DNA of 64,000 nucleotides from Octopus vulgaris. Lineage: Eukaryota. Positions 42,300-54,348 of the stretch are shown in pieces. Each line of letters starts with the position of its first letter. Positions within the stretch are counted from its first letter, which is position 1. The DNA lies in NCBI GenBank assembly GCA_951406725.2, contig OX597822.1:108810001-108874000 (forward strand). Direction: 5' to 3'. Under the pieces are notes generated by a model that saw only the letters and a program-made list of their open reading frames with translations, did not search any database and had not been told where the DNA came from. The position numbers were made by a program, and so were the translations under genes.

Positions 42300-42345
42300 C
42301 TCGCAGAAATACCCGGCGTTGCACGGGTTAAAGAGAATAATGAAA
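42300..42345 (-). mobile_element. Short Helitron-type 3' end
   Basis: a|ctcgcagaaatacccggcgttgcacggg; CTAG altered by one base. Confidence 0.5.
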
Positions 42346-42349
42346 TTAT

Positions 42350-43310
42350 CCCACCCAGGCAGTGGTAAAAAGATATGGAGGAGGGGATGGTAGTGATTAG
42401 AACTTACTCTAAAGTTCTTGATACCATCACCGTCTTCCCAGAACCAACGATAAAAATAGAACTGAAAGACTATTTGTCTTCTGTGAAATACATATCCCGC
42501 GGTGTCAAGCATGCAACCGTACGGTTATCCGTCGAAGGACCCTAAGGCTTCGTGAGGTGAGGGAGAGACTCCGGGCAAAGCGGAAGAGCTCCACACTCCC
42601 GAAGTCAGGAAGAAAAGATAAAAAAGAAAGAAGAACGAGCCATTGCAGATCGACGATGATGAGCCGTCTGTATGTCCCGAAGTTGTGCCACAGAAAGTGG
42701 AAGAGACGTAAGATAAGTAATTCTTCATCTTTTTCTACAAAATAGTAGAACATAAAGAGATCGTAGATATGGTCTTCACACGGAATCCCGAATGGCCTCC
42801 ACAGATAGTTGTGGAAGTCATAAGGTTTACCTGTGTGGGAAAAGCTTAAAAGATTTAAAGAGGAATGTCGCATATGGCCGGGTGGCCCTAACACGACGTA
42901 TGCCTCGTACATGAATGAGGCATGGGAAATTGCGGGGTACAGGAACTGAAGCAGCATTGAAGATAATGATGGTTATATTGATGTATATATCGATGAGTAG
43001 GAGTGGAAAAAGCCTCGTTAGAGGATTTGAAACTTTACCTTATTGCATTATTTCTAGTGGTTTATAACCTCAATTGTGTGTTTAAAAAAACATTTTAAGT
43101 AAGAGGTTTTAGTGCCTCGTTTTTGTAAGAGGTTTGAAACCTCATACTGATTTTATAAAAAAAGAAAATATGTTTTCGAGAAAAATCCAATCGACGGATG
43201 TTGGGTTTCCTATCTCATTTATTCATTTTTTTAAATTTTCATTCATTAATGTGTTTGTCCAGCCCGCAGATACTCTGTATACTGCTTTTATGACAAATAG
43301 AATGAAAAAA
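42350..43310 (+). mobile_element. 5'-truncated, internally deleted ORF1-like element, copy 4
   Basis: KDMEEGMVVIRTYSKVLDTITVFP..ELKDYLSSVKYISRGVKHATVRL joined to FFIFFYK..NPEWPPQIVVEV; 3' end gtccagcccgca..tactgc..caaat..aatgaaaaaa shared with copy 3. Confidence 0.8.
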
Positions 43311-43690
43311 AAGAAGCTTGATTCTCACTTACATGGTTCTAGGTTCAGTCCCACTGCATGGCACTTTAGGCAAGTGTCTTCTACTGTAGCCCCGGCGGAC
43401 CATAGCCTTTTGAGTGGATTTGTTTGACAGAAAGTGAAAGAGGTCCGTTGCGCGCGCACACACACACACACACACGCAACCACACGCATATATATATGTG
43501 TGTGTGTGCTCGTCCCCTTACCATCGCTGTTTATTCAACCGATGTTGGTGTGTTAACTTAGCGTTTCGGCAAAAATCCCTATAGAATAAGTACTAGGCTT
43601 ACAAAGAATATGTCCTGGGCTGGACTTGTTCGAATAAAGGCGGTACTCCAGTACGGGCTGCATTCAAATGACTGAAACAAATAAAAGAAT
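43311..43690 (+). mobile_element. SINE family B lacking its first ~20 nt
   Basis: aagaagcttgattctcacttacatggttctaggttcagtcccactgc...gactgaaacaaataaaaga. Confidence 0.85.
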
Positions 43691-43807
43691 AAATGAATAT
43701 ATATATTGCTGTATTTGGGGATGGACACGTTGCCTATACACGCATTATACATTTGGTGTTCACTTGCTTCAGCTGTATTTAATATTAATTGTATTTCGGC
43801 CAGAGTT

Positions 43808-43836
43808 CTTTCGTCACACTTCTGTGACTTCATCAG
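43808..43836 (-). ncRNA. Hammerhead core with perfect stem II; stems I/III not closed
   Basis: CUGAUGA A GUCACA-GAAG-UGUGAC GAAA. Confidence 0.4.
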
Positions 43837-44810
43837 TGCTCGTTTAATTTCTTCTTTCTTTTTTCTCTCTCCTTACTAACGATCTGCCATTTTGTATTCC
43901 TGTTATATGTGTCTTTATTTACGCATGCGTAAATCCCTCTGTGTGTCTATGTTTAGTAAATGTGTATGTGGAAATGTGTACGGTGCCTGCATTATCAGTA
44001 CCCCCTGTTTATTCATGTTCGTTGAATTTACTTTTATTTATTTTATTCATTTGTTTTATCTGTAAGTCGAACATGGATTTCGTAGTGGTATTTATTTTGT
44101 ACTACCGTCGATTCACCCCTACCTGCTACTATATCTCACGGGTGTTGCATCCATTCTACGGTCTGGGTCTCATCGGATACATCCATACATAAAGTTGAGT
44201 GTCGCTAAAGATTATCTTCCAACAATAAATTCTACGAACTACAACGGAGACTGACCATATGGACGGTTGGGCCACGTCCCTTGTGTGAGTGTATGTACAA
44301 GCGTGTGTGTGCGAATGTATGTATACGCATTCAGACCTAAGCTAACTAGCTAAACAGCCTTTGATCTCCTAGATATTCTAGCCTGAATATATCTCTCCCT
44401 TCCTTCTCTAGTATCATTCTTCTGTATTACACCCAATGTAACTCTATCCATCATTATCCAGCTATTCACTTCCCCTAATTTTCCATTTTATCAACAGTTA
44501 TTTCTGTATATTTACACGGATTTACAATTCTTATTACAGGATAACAGTAATTGAAATGGTAGCAATGTTTCATTCCCTAACCAGACGGGAATATAACAAC
44601 GAGACAGCCAAAGGTCCGGATTTTTAGTGAGACATAACTCTATGAATGGATGTACCTAATGAGACTCAAACTCCAAAATGTATGCAACGCATGTTGAACG
44701 GATTCCCACAAATAAGGGACAGTAACAGGTAGTAAAAAATAAGGATTAATAACAAATCCATCTTCTGGTTAGTTAATAAATTATTATTATTATCATCATC
44801 ATCATCATCA

Positions 44811-44842
<32 letters not shown>

Positions 44843-45372
44843 GAGTGAGAGAGCAGTTCATGCCATCAAAGTGACACTGGGGTAAAATATACGAAGCCCA
44901 ATATACCCATCATGACTACCTGTCTGATAAAGGTACACCAGGCACATGCATCACAACCATATGTGCGCTACATGGTGATCTCATATCAAGATAAACAGTG
45001 CATGTCCTTGCAGGTGGGGCCCAGTTAGAATTTTCTTCAGGTTGAGTAGCCCATCCCGCTCAAACGGTCCCTGAATAAGGGTTGTTTAAGGATGTTGAAA
45101 GAACCACCCATGTTTCCAGAGGTGAACTATTCAAACCCCAAAGAATCCCTCTCAACACATGGCTATGATGCTCCCCCACTACTTCTGCTCGTGATCAGAG
45201 ATGCACATATCGTCAGACACTAAGGGACATGCTCAACTGGTTAAGGTCAAACAACTGACAAGCAAATCTGTGGTATTGAGCAGAATATTTGCTGTAGCCC
45301 ATCTTTTATACCAAGACAAAACAATGTACATGATAACACTTCTAATCAGTTAAGATCAGAAGCCATGAGAGC

Positions 45373-45374
<2 letters not shown>
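44843..45374 (-). mobile_element. Family E repeat in (TAA)n
   Basis: Near-identical to 8384-8940; (ATT)n on both sides. Confidence 0.88.
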
Positions 45375-45431
<57 letters not shown>

Positions 45432-46115
45432 TTGCGTACACATGCATAAATATATCTTTAAGCTTGCATCAGCTTATGACTAGCTTAAGCAATATTTCTG
45501 ATGATTCTGAATAGAATTCGACTCGCATAGATTCATAGTAATTAGTTATGAATTTTAGTTACGTAATTACAGAATTATTGATCTTAATTCTTAATGAAAC
45601 TGGTGTTCAAACTAATTATGATATGCCCTAATTGGGATATTTACGCCTGTCTGTATTCTATTCGAAATACATATAATATATACGTACTTTGTATGTGATT
45701 TTATAAGTGTTTGTGTATGCAAATGTATATACAAACGTATGTATATATATATATATATGCTTGCATACATATATGTATGTGTATATGTGTATATACGTTA
45801 TGCGTCTATGAACCTTTTTTGCAAGAATCCTTATGTGAAATCGTGTGTTGAAATGGGCTAAATAGAACAGGAGGAAATATGCGGGATGGATATTCTCTGA
45901 AGAGGTTACAGTTGTGTATTAGGGAAGATTTCCAGACAATGGACATAAGACTGGAACAGTAATGTTCGCAAGAAAAGGAATGATCATCTCGAAATATGGG
46001 GAAGGCAAAAAAGGGAAAAGGTATGTACACCTCCGTGTGTGTGTATGTGTATGTGTGTATGTATGTGTGTGTGAGTGTATGACTAAGAAAGTGTGCGTAT
46101 GTACGAACCTGAGCT

Positions 46116-46349
46116 GCGGCGAGCTGGCAGAATCGTAAGCACGCCGGGCGAAATGCGTAGCCGTATTTCGTCTGCCGTTACGTTCTGAGTTCAAATTCAG
46201 CCGAGGTCGACTTTGCCTTTCATCCTTTCGGGGTCGATAAATTAAGTACCAGTTAGGCACTGGGGGTCGATGTAATCGACTTAATACTTCTGTCTGTCCT
46301 TGTTTGTCCCCTCTATGTTTAGCCCCTTGTGGGTAATAAAGAAATAGGT
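46116..46349 (+). mobile_element. SINE family A flanked by a ~95-bp direct repeat
   Basis: gcggcgagctggcagaatcg...aaagaaataggt; flanks 46019-46113 and 46346-46450. Confidence 0.9.
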
Positions 46350-47045
46350 ATGTATACCTCCGTGTGTGTGTATGTGTGTATGTGTATGTGTGTATGTGTG
46401 TGTGTGTGTGAGTGTATGACTAAGAGAGTGTGCGTATGTACGAACCTGAGTGTAACTAGTACGAGAAGTAACTATTTCATTATATTTACTTAATGAGCGA
46501 TAGTGTTGACGGTTTCTTGTCCTGAGTGTTGTTGTTGCTGTTGCTGTGCGAGTGAATTGGTGGAAGAAGACTTCTCTAACGAGACGTAAAGTGGACATGA
46601 AAAATTCCTTCAGGTGACGCTTTCACTCTATTTCTTCATTCATCATTTAAATTTATCATCGTCACATTCCCGCACACCTACTGTGTAGTGTTAATGTGTC
46701 TTCATTTATATCTCTCTCATATTAAAGATCGGTAAAATGTGAATAGGTTTATGGTAAATGCGTGTAGCCAATTGCGACATAATTGGGTAGTTGGTTCTAT
46801 TCCCGCATCAGATAGTGTGTATCATCCCATCGTTTAAAGTTGTTCTCGTTTACTAATGTGAAAACCGGAATCAGCAAAATGCAATCGTAGTATACCCATC
46901 CCTAATATATTGTTTACAAAGTAGGAGTGATGGAAAGATAGAAAGATATACACATACTTAAATGTATGCATACACGTGTATATATGCTCACACACATTTG
47001 TATATGTGTATATACCTCCCCACACACAAGCACACAGACACACAC

Positions 47046-47082
<37 letters not shown>

Positions 47083-47085
<3 letters not shown>

Positions 47086-47245
47086 CTCTCCTTGTTTTTT
47101 CTGTGTCCTTTTCTGTAGAAGAGCGTAGGCTCGAAATGTAAAAGACGTTTTCTATTCCTGAGCTTTATACTAATACATCTGTTTGTTTTGTACACCACCT
47201 GTCTTCGACTTTTGTTGTTTTTTTCGTAAACTCTTCCTCTCTCTA
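47083..47245 (+). mobile_element. (TA)n-embedded ~160-bp mini-element with hammerhead-like motif (47108-47144)
   Basis: CUUUU CUGUAGA A GAGC-GUAG-GCUC GAAAU GUA AAAG; non-canonical core. Confidence 0.45.
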
Positions 47246-47246
47246 A

Positions 47247-47302
<56 letters not shown>

Positions 47303-48416
47303 ATGTGTATAAGCGCACACACAGTCAGGTACATGCGTGTGTGTATGCATATGTACGTATTCCTATATGTGTATATGTAAATTTACATACGCACGTAGAC
47401 ACACAGGTACATTTATGTTTGCTGTTTGTTATTCGATCTGACTTCAACTGTTGTATCGTAGTCCTGCTAAGGAGATGGCGCTTTACACATTTGTATAAAT
47501 CATGAGTATCTTTCCTTTCAACCATGTCATGTTTATCAACGAAAAGAGACTGTAAAACATTTGTGTATCGTATTTCACATTGTGTTACAAATACAATATT
47601 CTGTTACGTCAAGTCTTAGAGTGAAGTAGCATTATCGTTTTCATCTTCCTGATGTGAATACGCATGTGTCGTTGTGTCTGACCGCCTTTGTCTGACCTGC
47701 AATTCCGGTGTCTAAGTTCATGCGTAATATTATTGCTGCGATAAACTTCAACTGTCAGTTTCTATCCATTAGTTTTCTGCTGAAGACAAGATCGTGCCAT
47801 TGAATCTCTATAGTTTCTACAACCATTGAAATTCTAACATTTTGTTTAAGAATTTAGAAATACTTCCTGATGTTTTCTTGTTGAGGCTTTGGGTAGTAAT
47901 TATGTGTGTAGCAGTCTAAAAGATACGGCAATGTGTTAAAGAAATTTGTTTCGCCAATACATTCTTACGTGTCAAATATTAACCTGGGCTTTTATGAAAG
48001 CCTTGTGGAAACTAATCAAATTCTGACGAAGAGAACAGTATAAAGGCCGAACGCTGTTTATCTGTACTCATGTATGTATATATGTATTTATCGTAGTAAA
48101 GTTCATGTGCAATATGTATACACACGCACACACACACACACACACATACACACATATAAACATATTATTCAAAGGAATTCCAACTCGGCTTTTTAATGTT
48201 TTATTTATATTCCTAATAATGTTAATGTAGAACATAGAATATATAGTATAAATAGTATATACATATAGTAAAATGAAATAAAGTATTGATTGTCTTATTG
48301 AATAGATGAAATATTGAATATAAAATATTAAGGGACTAGTATACTTTCTTGCATTAAAGCAGTCTTCAAGGTCCCAGGTTGTGACAGGAGTGTTTCACTC
48401 CTGTCACAACATGGGA

Positions 48417-48781
48417 CCTTCACGTAAGGTTTTGTTATCTGTTTCATGGGATATGAAAGGTTTAGTCCTCTTTGAACTTTTAAACTCACACCAAATGATA
48501 ACAAAGGAATTCTCCAGGGAACAGCTTGAGCGGCTCACGTCAGCGCTAGAAGAAAAACGACCAAGACGAAAGGAGTTCTTGTTTCAAAAGTTTCCAAAGA
48601 CTGGACATCCCAATGGGTGGAGCAGTGTCAACCGAAAACAATGCCCCAGCCACTATTTCGCCGGACAATGCCCAATCTAATTATCATTAATTGCGCGGTT
48701 TCAAAATCATGTGGACAGAAAATTTATGAAAAGTTATGTAGTCGACGTCAGAACATTACTGATGGGGGAGTATTTTTCGAT
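48417..48781 (+). mobile_element. mariner transposase fragments
   Basis: RKVLLSVSWDMKGLVLFELL..QMITKE..EQLERL..ALEEKRP; C-terminal KL..R.Q.I.DG..FFD. Confidence 0.78.
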
Positions 48782-48861
48782 ATATATATATATATATATA
48801 TATGATTTTATATATATATATATATATATATGATTTTATATATATATATATATATATATAT

Positions 48862-49218
48862 AAAGGAAATGAAGAAAATGCTGACAAAATAATTTAAGTA
48901 TGGGAGAGTGTATTTAATTAGGTGAAATTATTTTTACCGGTTGCGCATTTGTTATGCTTATCAAAAGATATTTTTTAAAGAGAGATAGTGTTCCTTTCTG
49001 ATAGATTTTTTTCTCTTATCTGATAAGAGAAAAAATCTATCAGAAAGGAACTCTATCTCTCTTAAAAAATATCTTTTGATAAGCATAAAAAATGCGCAAC
49101 CGGTAAAAAGAACTTTCACCTAATTAAATACACTCTCCCTTACTTAAATTATTTTGTCAGCATTTTCTTCATTTCCTTTTTTTATATATCACAACTCGTG
49201 TTCCGCATCTCCTTTTTT

Positions 49219-49221
<3 letters not shown>
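48862..49221. mobile_element. (TA)n-embedded near-perfect palindrome (~160-bp arms, 1-nt centre at 49021) plus ~40-bp tail
   Basis: ...gattttttctcttatc T gataagagaaaaaatc...; arms 48862-49020 / 49022-49179. Confidence 0.92.
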
Positions 49222-49282
<61 letters not shown>

Positions 49283-49389
49283 ATGATTTTATATATATAT
49301 AATTATATATATATATGATCTTATATATATATATATATATATATACATAATCATATATATATATATTATATAATTATATATATATATAG

Positions 49390-49807
49390 AAATATAATAA
49401 AAGTCTCCCAAATAAGGAAGCTTAGTGCTAGAGACACAAAGAGGGCTAAATTCGTAGAGAGAGTGAAAATCAAAAACTTTTACCATTAACGATATATCCC
49501 GGACTGATCAGTTTCTGCCTCTTTCTAGCAAAACAGACAGAATATGTTTGCCAAGGCAAGGTTTGTCAGTGGGAAGCCTTCCTAATTCTGATCAGTCCGG
49601 GATATATCGTTAATGGTAAATGTTTGTGATTTTCATTCTCTCCATGAATTTATCCCTCTTTGTGTCTCTAGCACTAAGCTTCCTTATTTGGGAGCATTTT
49701 ATTATATTTGTATATAAATAATATTTTGTCTAATGACGAATTCGTCTTTTGTGCTAGGCTACTGGTAATAATAACCTATGTTATTACCCTTTTTGATTAT
49801 GTTCACA

Positions 49808-49811
<4 letters not shown>
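49390..49811. mobile_element. (TA)n-embedded fold-back mini-element: arms 49390-49511 / 49588-49709 plus ~100-bp tail
   Basis: cccaaataaggaagcttagtgctagagacacaaagaggg..gatatatcccggactgatcag mirrored on the right. Confidence 0.9.
49496..49575 (-). ncRNA. Minimal type-I hammerhead ribozyme-like motif
   Basis: UCCCA CUGACAA [stem II UGGCAAA/UUUGCUA] GAAAC UGAUCA GUC CGGGA; palindromic stem III and GUC triplet; G8 reads A (possible CpG decay). Confidence 0.55.
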
Positions 49812-49874
<63 letters not shown>

Positions 49875-50201
49875 ATAAAGTGTGAAAATGTAACACATGA
49901 AACGTCTTAAGAAGGCGCTCTGAGAAGGAAAACTCATGCAGATGTCTACAAACACACACACACACATACAATCACACACCAACAAACAAGCAAATATATA
50001 CTTATACATTTGTGAGTGCGTAGACATGTGCATGAGTGTATGGTGTATAAAACTTATTTAGTATTTACGGTTTTACGTCATAAAGTAGGTGAAAATGCAC
50101 AATCTTATTTCATGGATGACATTAGCTGAAACACGTGCTCACGCGCACGCACACACACTCGCATACACACACACACACATACATACACACACACACACAA
50201 C

Positions 50202-51614
50202 TTCTCTATATGTTTTTAATAAACTTTTAAAATTTTAAACTTTGAAATTTAAAGTGAATAAATATTCTTTAAATACTGAACTTGTTTCGGCATGTAGAAA
50301 TCGAATTAAAAAAGAGAAATGGCGAGATTCCAAAATTACAACAATACAATTACAACACATACACACATATATGTATGTATAAATACGTGATTCGTAATCC
50401 ACCAATTAGGATATTCGGTGGTTTCATGTCTTTCATCTATCCATACTGGCTACAAGAGTGAAAAGTAGAATTTACTACTAGGCAGGAACATTTGGCTATA
50501 TGCTGCGTTTTCCAGTTCACATATATTCTCTACATACATACACATATACACACATATATACATTTATTCATACATACAAATATGGATACACGCATACAAA
50601 TATACCTTCATAAAATCACACACTCTCATACGAGCAGATTTCTCGTGTCCAAAGTTCAATTTCCTATTGGTTGTTTTAGTTCCCTGATGATGCTTGTGAT
50701 GATGAATGAAAAGGTTGAAAATTGCATAAAATAGGCGGTAGAAATAAACGAAGGTAGAAATGCTGGAATGGTCAGTCATTGTTACATTTTGCCTTTTTTC
50801 CCCTACGAGATTATATCAACTCATAATAACCAAACTGGTGTGTGTAGTATTTCTATTACTATTGAGAAGCACAAAATTGTTTATAGTAAAACTTATCTTC
50901 AGGGTCTTCTATTAATAGTTGTTTTAATGTAACAATATTTCTTAAGTTTCCTATTGCATAAACTATGATTTTATTTCTATAGAATAAATCGAAAACTGTT
51001 GTCATTGCAGCAACAGAGGAATACTTATATATTTGGATATAATGTTCCATTTTCGTTGGTTTATTTCTAATAAAGTGCTCAAGGACAGAAAAATTGAATG
51101 TCGAATAGCTTAACCCAAATATTCTGCAAAATATGCAACTATACTTTGTAAATCTCTCAGTATAGGTTGATCTCTTATTATTTTTGATATTTCTGTACTT
51201 GGATATAAACGTGCTATGACTTACATAATAAACTAAATACCCGCAAAAAAGCCTGCTGAATTATACTAACTGCCCCCAAACTGGGTGCAGTTTTCTTTCT
51301 ACCACAGTGGTTTATAAAATAAATATAGCTGTATATTTTAAGTCGACATCAGCGAAAATACCCATCAACCATAATTTTCAAACGAGTACTTAGGTTTTAC
51401 TTCAAGGTTTAGAGTAGCGGAAAAAATCATTTTAGCGAGAAGGCTGGGTCTATCCAAATTCTCTATAGGTTTTTAATAAACTTTTAAAGTTTTAAACTTT
51501 GAAATTTAAAGTGAATAAATATTCTTTAAATACTGAACTCGTTGCAGCATGTAGAAATCGAATTAAAAAAGAGAAATTACTAGCCTCCAAAATCACAACA
51601 ATACAATTACAACA
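50202..51614. repeat. ~156-bp direct repeat pair (50202-50357, 51459-51614)
   Basis: ttctctata.gtttttaataaacttttaaa...caacaatacaattacaaca occurs twice. Confidence 0.9.
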
Positions 51615-52375
51615 TTATAACAATAAAGATTCAATTAACTAACACCTTGTATTAGATTCGATCAAAAAAAAAAAAAAAAGAATGAAAGTTTCTCTGTTTA
51701 TTTTACTGATTTACAATTTTTTTACCTGCATACATACTTTGTCACATATTTCTTTCCTTTCTACTTTTCATTTCATAGAATACCGAAGGCATTTTCAAAA
51801 GTTCAAGCCATTTGTAACACATTCCACGGCGATTATTTCTATTGGCATTACATTGTTTTTCGTTCGAATTTGTTGATTCGATGTAAATACCAGAGGTAAA
51901 CATTTACCGTACAGCTGTTTGGGTTTCGCAGACGATTCATTGCGTTTAGGAATTAAGGATCGATGTAATGATTTAGATTCCATCTAGAATAAACATATCT
52001 GTTTTAAAATATCTAATATCATTTAACACAAGTTCAGCTTTCAATTCCCAGTCGGATATTAATTTGAAATCTCTGATATCACTATTCTAACACCAAACAA
52101 CTATTGGGTATCTGAATCGAGAAAATAAAAGCATCTTTCGTTTCTCAAGCAAAAGCATGACGACACTTGAGACTAGTTGATAGTACTTGTATTAATGATA
52201 TTAATGTAGTAATGAGGAAGAGAGAAAGAGAGAGAGAGGAGATATAATTCCCACATAGATTGAATACTAGTTTATAGCAAGAATTAATACAAGGTCTGCA
52301 GTTACGTATTAGAATGGATGAGGTGATTAAAGAAAGTGAAATTTTGTTTATATGTAATGGAAATCTTGTGTTATA

Positions 52376-52767
52376 TCTTTATATATAAAAGTGAGGTTGT
52401 GTGCTGTCTGTCTCCTACGATTTAGATTCCTAACTACTCCCACAATTTGTGGTGCAGTTTAACCAAAACTGGGTATCTTATAGTCGTGATTCATATCGAG
52501 CCCTTCTGGGTATTAGCGCGCGTCTACGATGAGTCTATCATTTAAAAAAAAATTACCATCAATTTTTCCCATTTTTAATGCATTTTTGGCATATATAAGG
52601 GAAGTAACTCTCTAAAAATTTATTATTAAATCTCAGAACGTAAAAAGCTACATTAACACCCCTTTGTGGTTAGCCATATTGAGATGGCTATTATACTTTA
52701 CATCTCTAAAAATGCTTATATAGTTATTTCCCTTACAAACCCGAGCAACGCCGGGCGATACTGCTAA
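52376..52767 (+). mobile_element. Non-autonomous Helitron
   Basis: A|TC...CTAA|T; same family as 12488-12888. Confidence 0.85.
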
Positions 52768-53846
52768 TCTTATATATATCTGTGTGTGTGCATGTGTGCG
52801 CGCGCGTGCACATGGGTCTGTTTGTGTGTATATATATATATACATACATACCTGTATACATATATATATATATATATATATATGTAATGTTGTATGTATG
52901 TGTGTATATATAGCAAGTGCTACGTGGGAGATATATAAGTTAGTCATTCAGAAACACATTAAAACCGTAAAGTTTCACTTAAACATTTATTAGTAATGTA
53001 ATGTGAGAATGATGGCATATACTATTAAGATCTCCAAATGCTACCACACTACTTAATTCCCGATCCGAATAATTTTATCAAATGTACTCACATAGTAAGG
53101 TTTGTCTTGTCAAACTGGAAAACACAACCTTCACCGCTTTGCATAGCGTTATGTTTTGGACTGTTCCTGAAATACTGCTCAGAGAGACATGACATGATAT
53201 AATATTCTGCGAATTTAGTGTATCTCTACAGCCTGAAACTATTAGTCGAACATGTTAAAACCCTCCGCGTATATGTATGTGTGTGCAAGTGTGTCTGCAG
53301 ACGTGTTTGGTGATGCAAACAAGAAATTACAACTCAAAACACGAGCATGTGTGTGTGTGTGTGTGTGTTAATACAAAGTGATAGACACTCACACAAGGAG
53401 AAAGGAAAAGACAGAGTAACATAAAAAAATACTAGGTATACAGAATGTAGTCATATGAAATGTTGCGTACATAGTGAGACAATGAAATCAAAACATATTT
53501 TGACACTTGCCTTGCATACTTGATTACTTGTGACGAAAACAAGCATACTTGTGTATGTTTATGACCTTACACGGACTCAGAAACACCCGTATGATGAAGT
53601 TGTACTATACTCAGTAGAAAACACTGGACACATGACTCAGTAGAGAACGCTTTTCAGAGATATTTACAACTTGAATACGAAAAGAAAATAAGAAGAGTAG
53701 AGGACGTATTGTAGATTTTAAAATGTAATGGGAGAGAATTGGTAGAAAGGAACTGTGGGAGGACTGAGGGGCAAGTTAGGTAATACAAGACATCAGCTGA
53801 CGGTTCAAAATTTAAAAAACATTGCCTGTAAACATAAGATTTTGAT

Positions 53847-53897
53847 AAAATGGCTACGTAAGCGAGATCAAAGAGATCTCGCTTCCGTAGCCATTTT
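53847..53897. other. 23-bp stem hairpin with weaker outer pairing (MITE remnant?)
   Basis: aaaatggctacgtaagcgagatc aaaga gatctcgcttccgtagccatttt. Confidence 0.75.
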
Positions 53898-54238
53898 TTT
53901 GTCTAGAACTTAGTTTTAAAATTCTCGTGCCGTTAGTCAGCCTGCATTGGTTACCACAGAGGAAACTGATAGAGAACAGTATCGCTTAAATTTTGACTTT
54001 ATTCATTTATTGTTTAGAAAGGAGGGGAAGGTATCTAATGATGTGTATATATACATCCGAAAATATGTTTGTGTATGTATATGCATTTAAGTGCCTGCTA
54101 TGTATATGTATGAGTAATTGTGTGAGTGTGTGTATCTTTTTTTTTTATTGATTCGAAACTCTCATGATCATTAACACCAGAGTCATCGCTAAAATCCAAT
54201 ATTATGGATATTCACATATGACATTATCAACATAACCC

Positions 54239-54343
54239 CCACTAGCTAAGGCGGTACATATTCTTAAACGGGAACGATGCAGAGATTAGCTTGGCCTCTG
54301 CGTAAGGATTACACGGAAATTCGTGAAGCGTTTCGAACTTTTT
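54239..54343 (+). pseudogene. U6: Degenerate near full-length U6 snRNA copy
   Basis: ggaacgatgcagagattagcttggcctctgcgtaaggattacacggaaattcgtgaagcgtttcgaacttttt aligns with U6; ACAGAGA box altered and ~3 nt missing. Confidence 0.88.
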
Positions 54344-54348
54344 AGTTA

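Noticed and set aside
42300-43310. Helitron capture of the ORF1-like gene
   Set aside because: Only ~45 bp of Helitron end is present; the rest has its own retroelement 3' end and A-tail.
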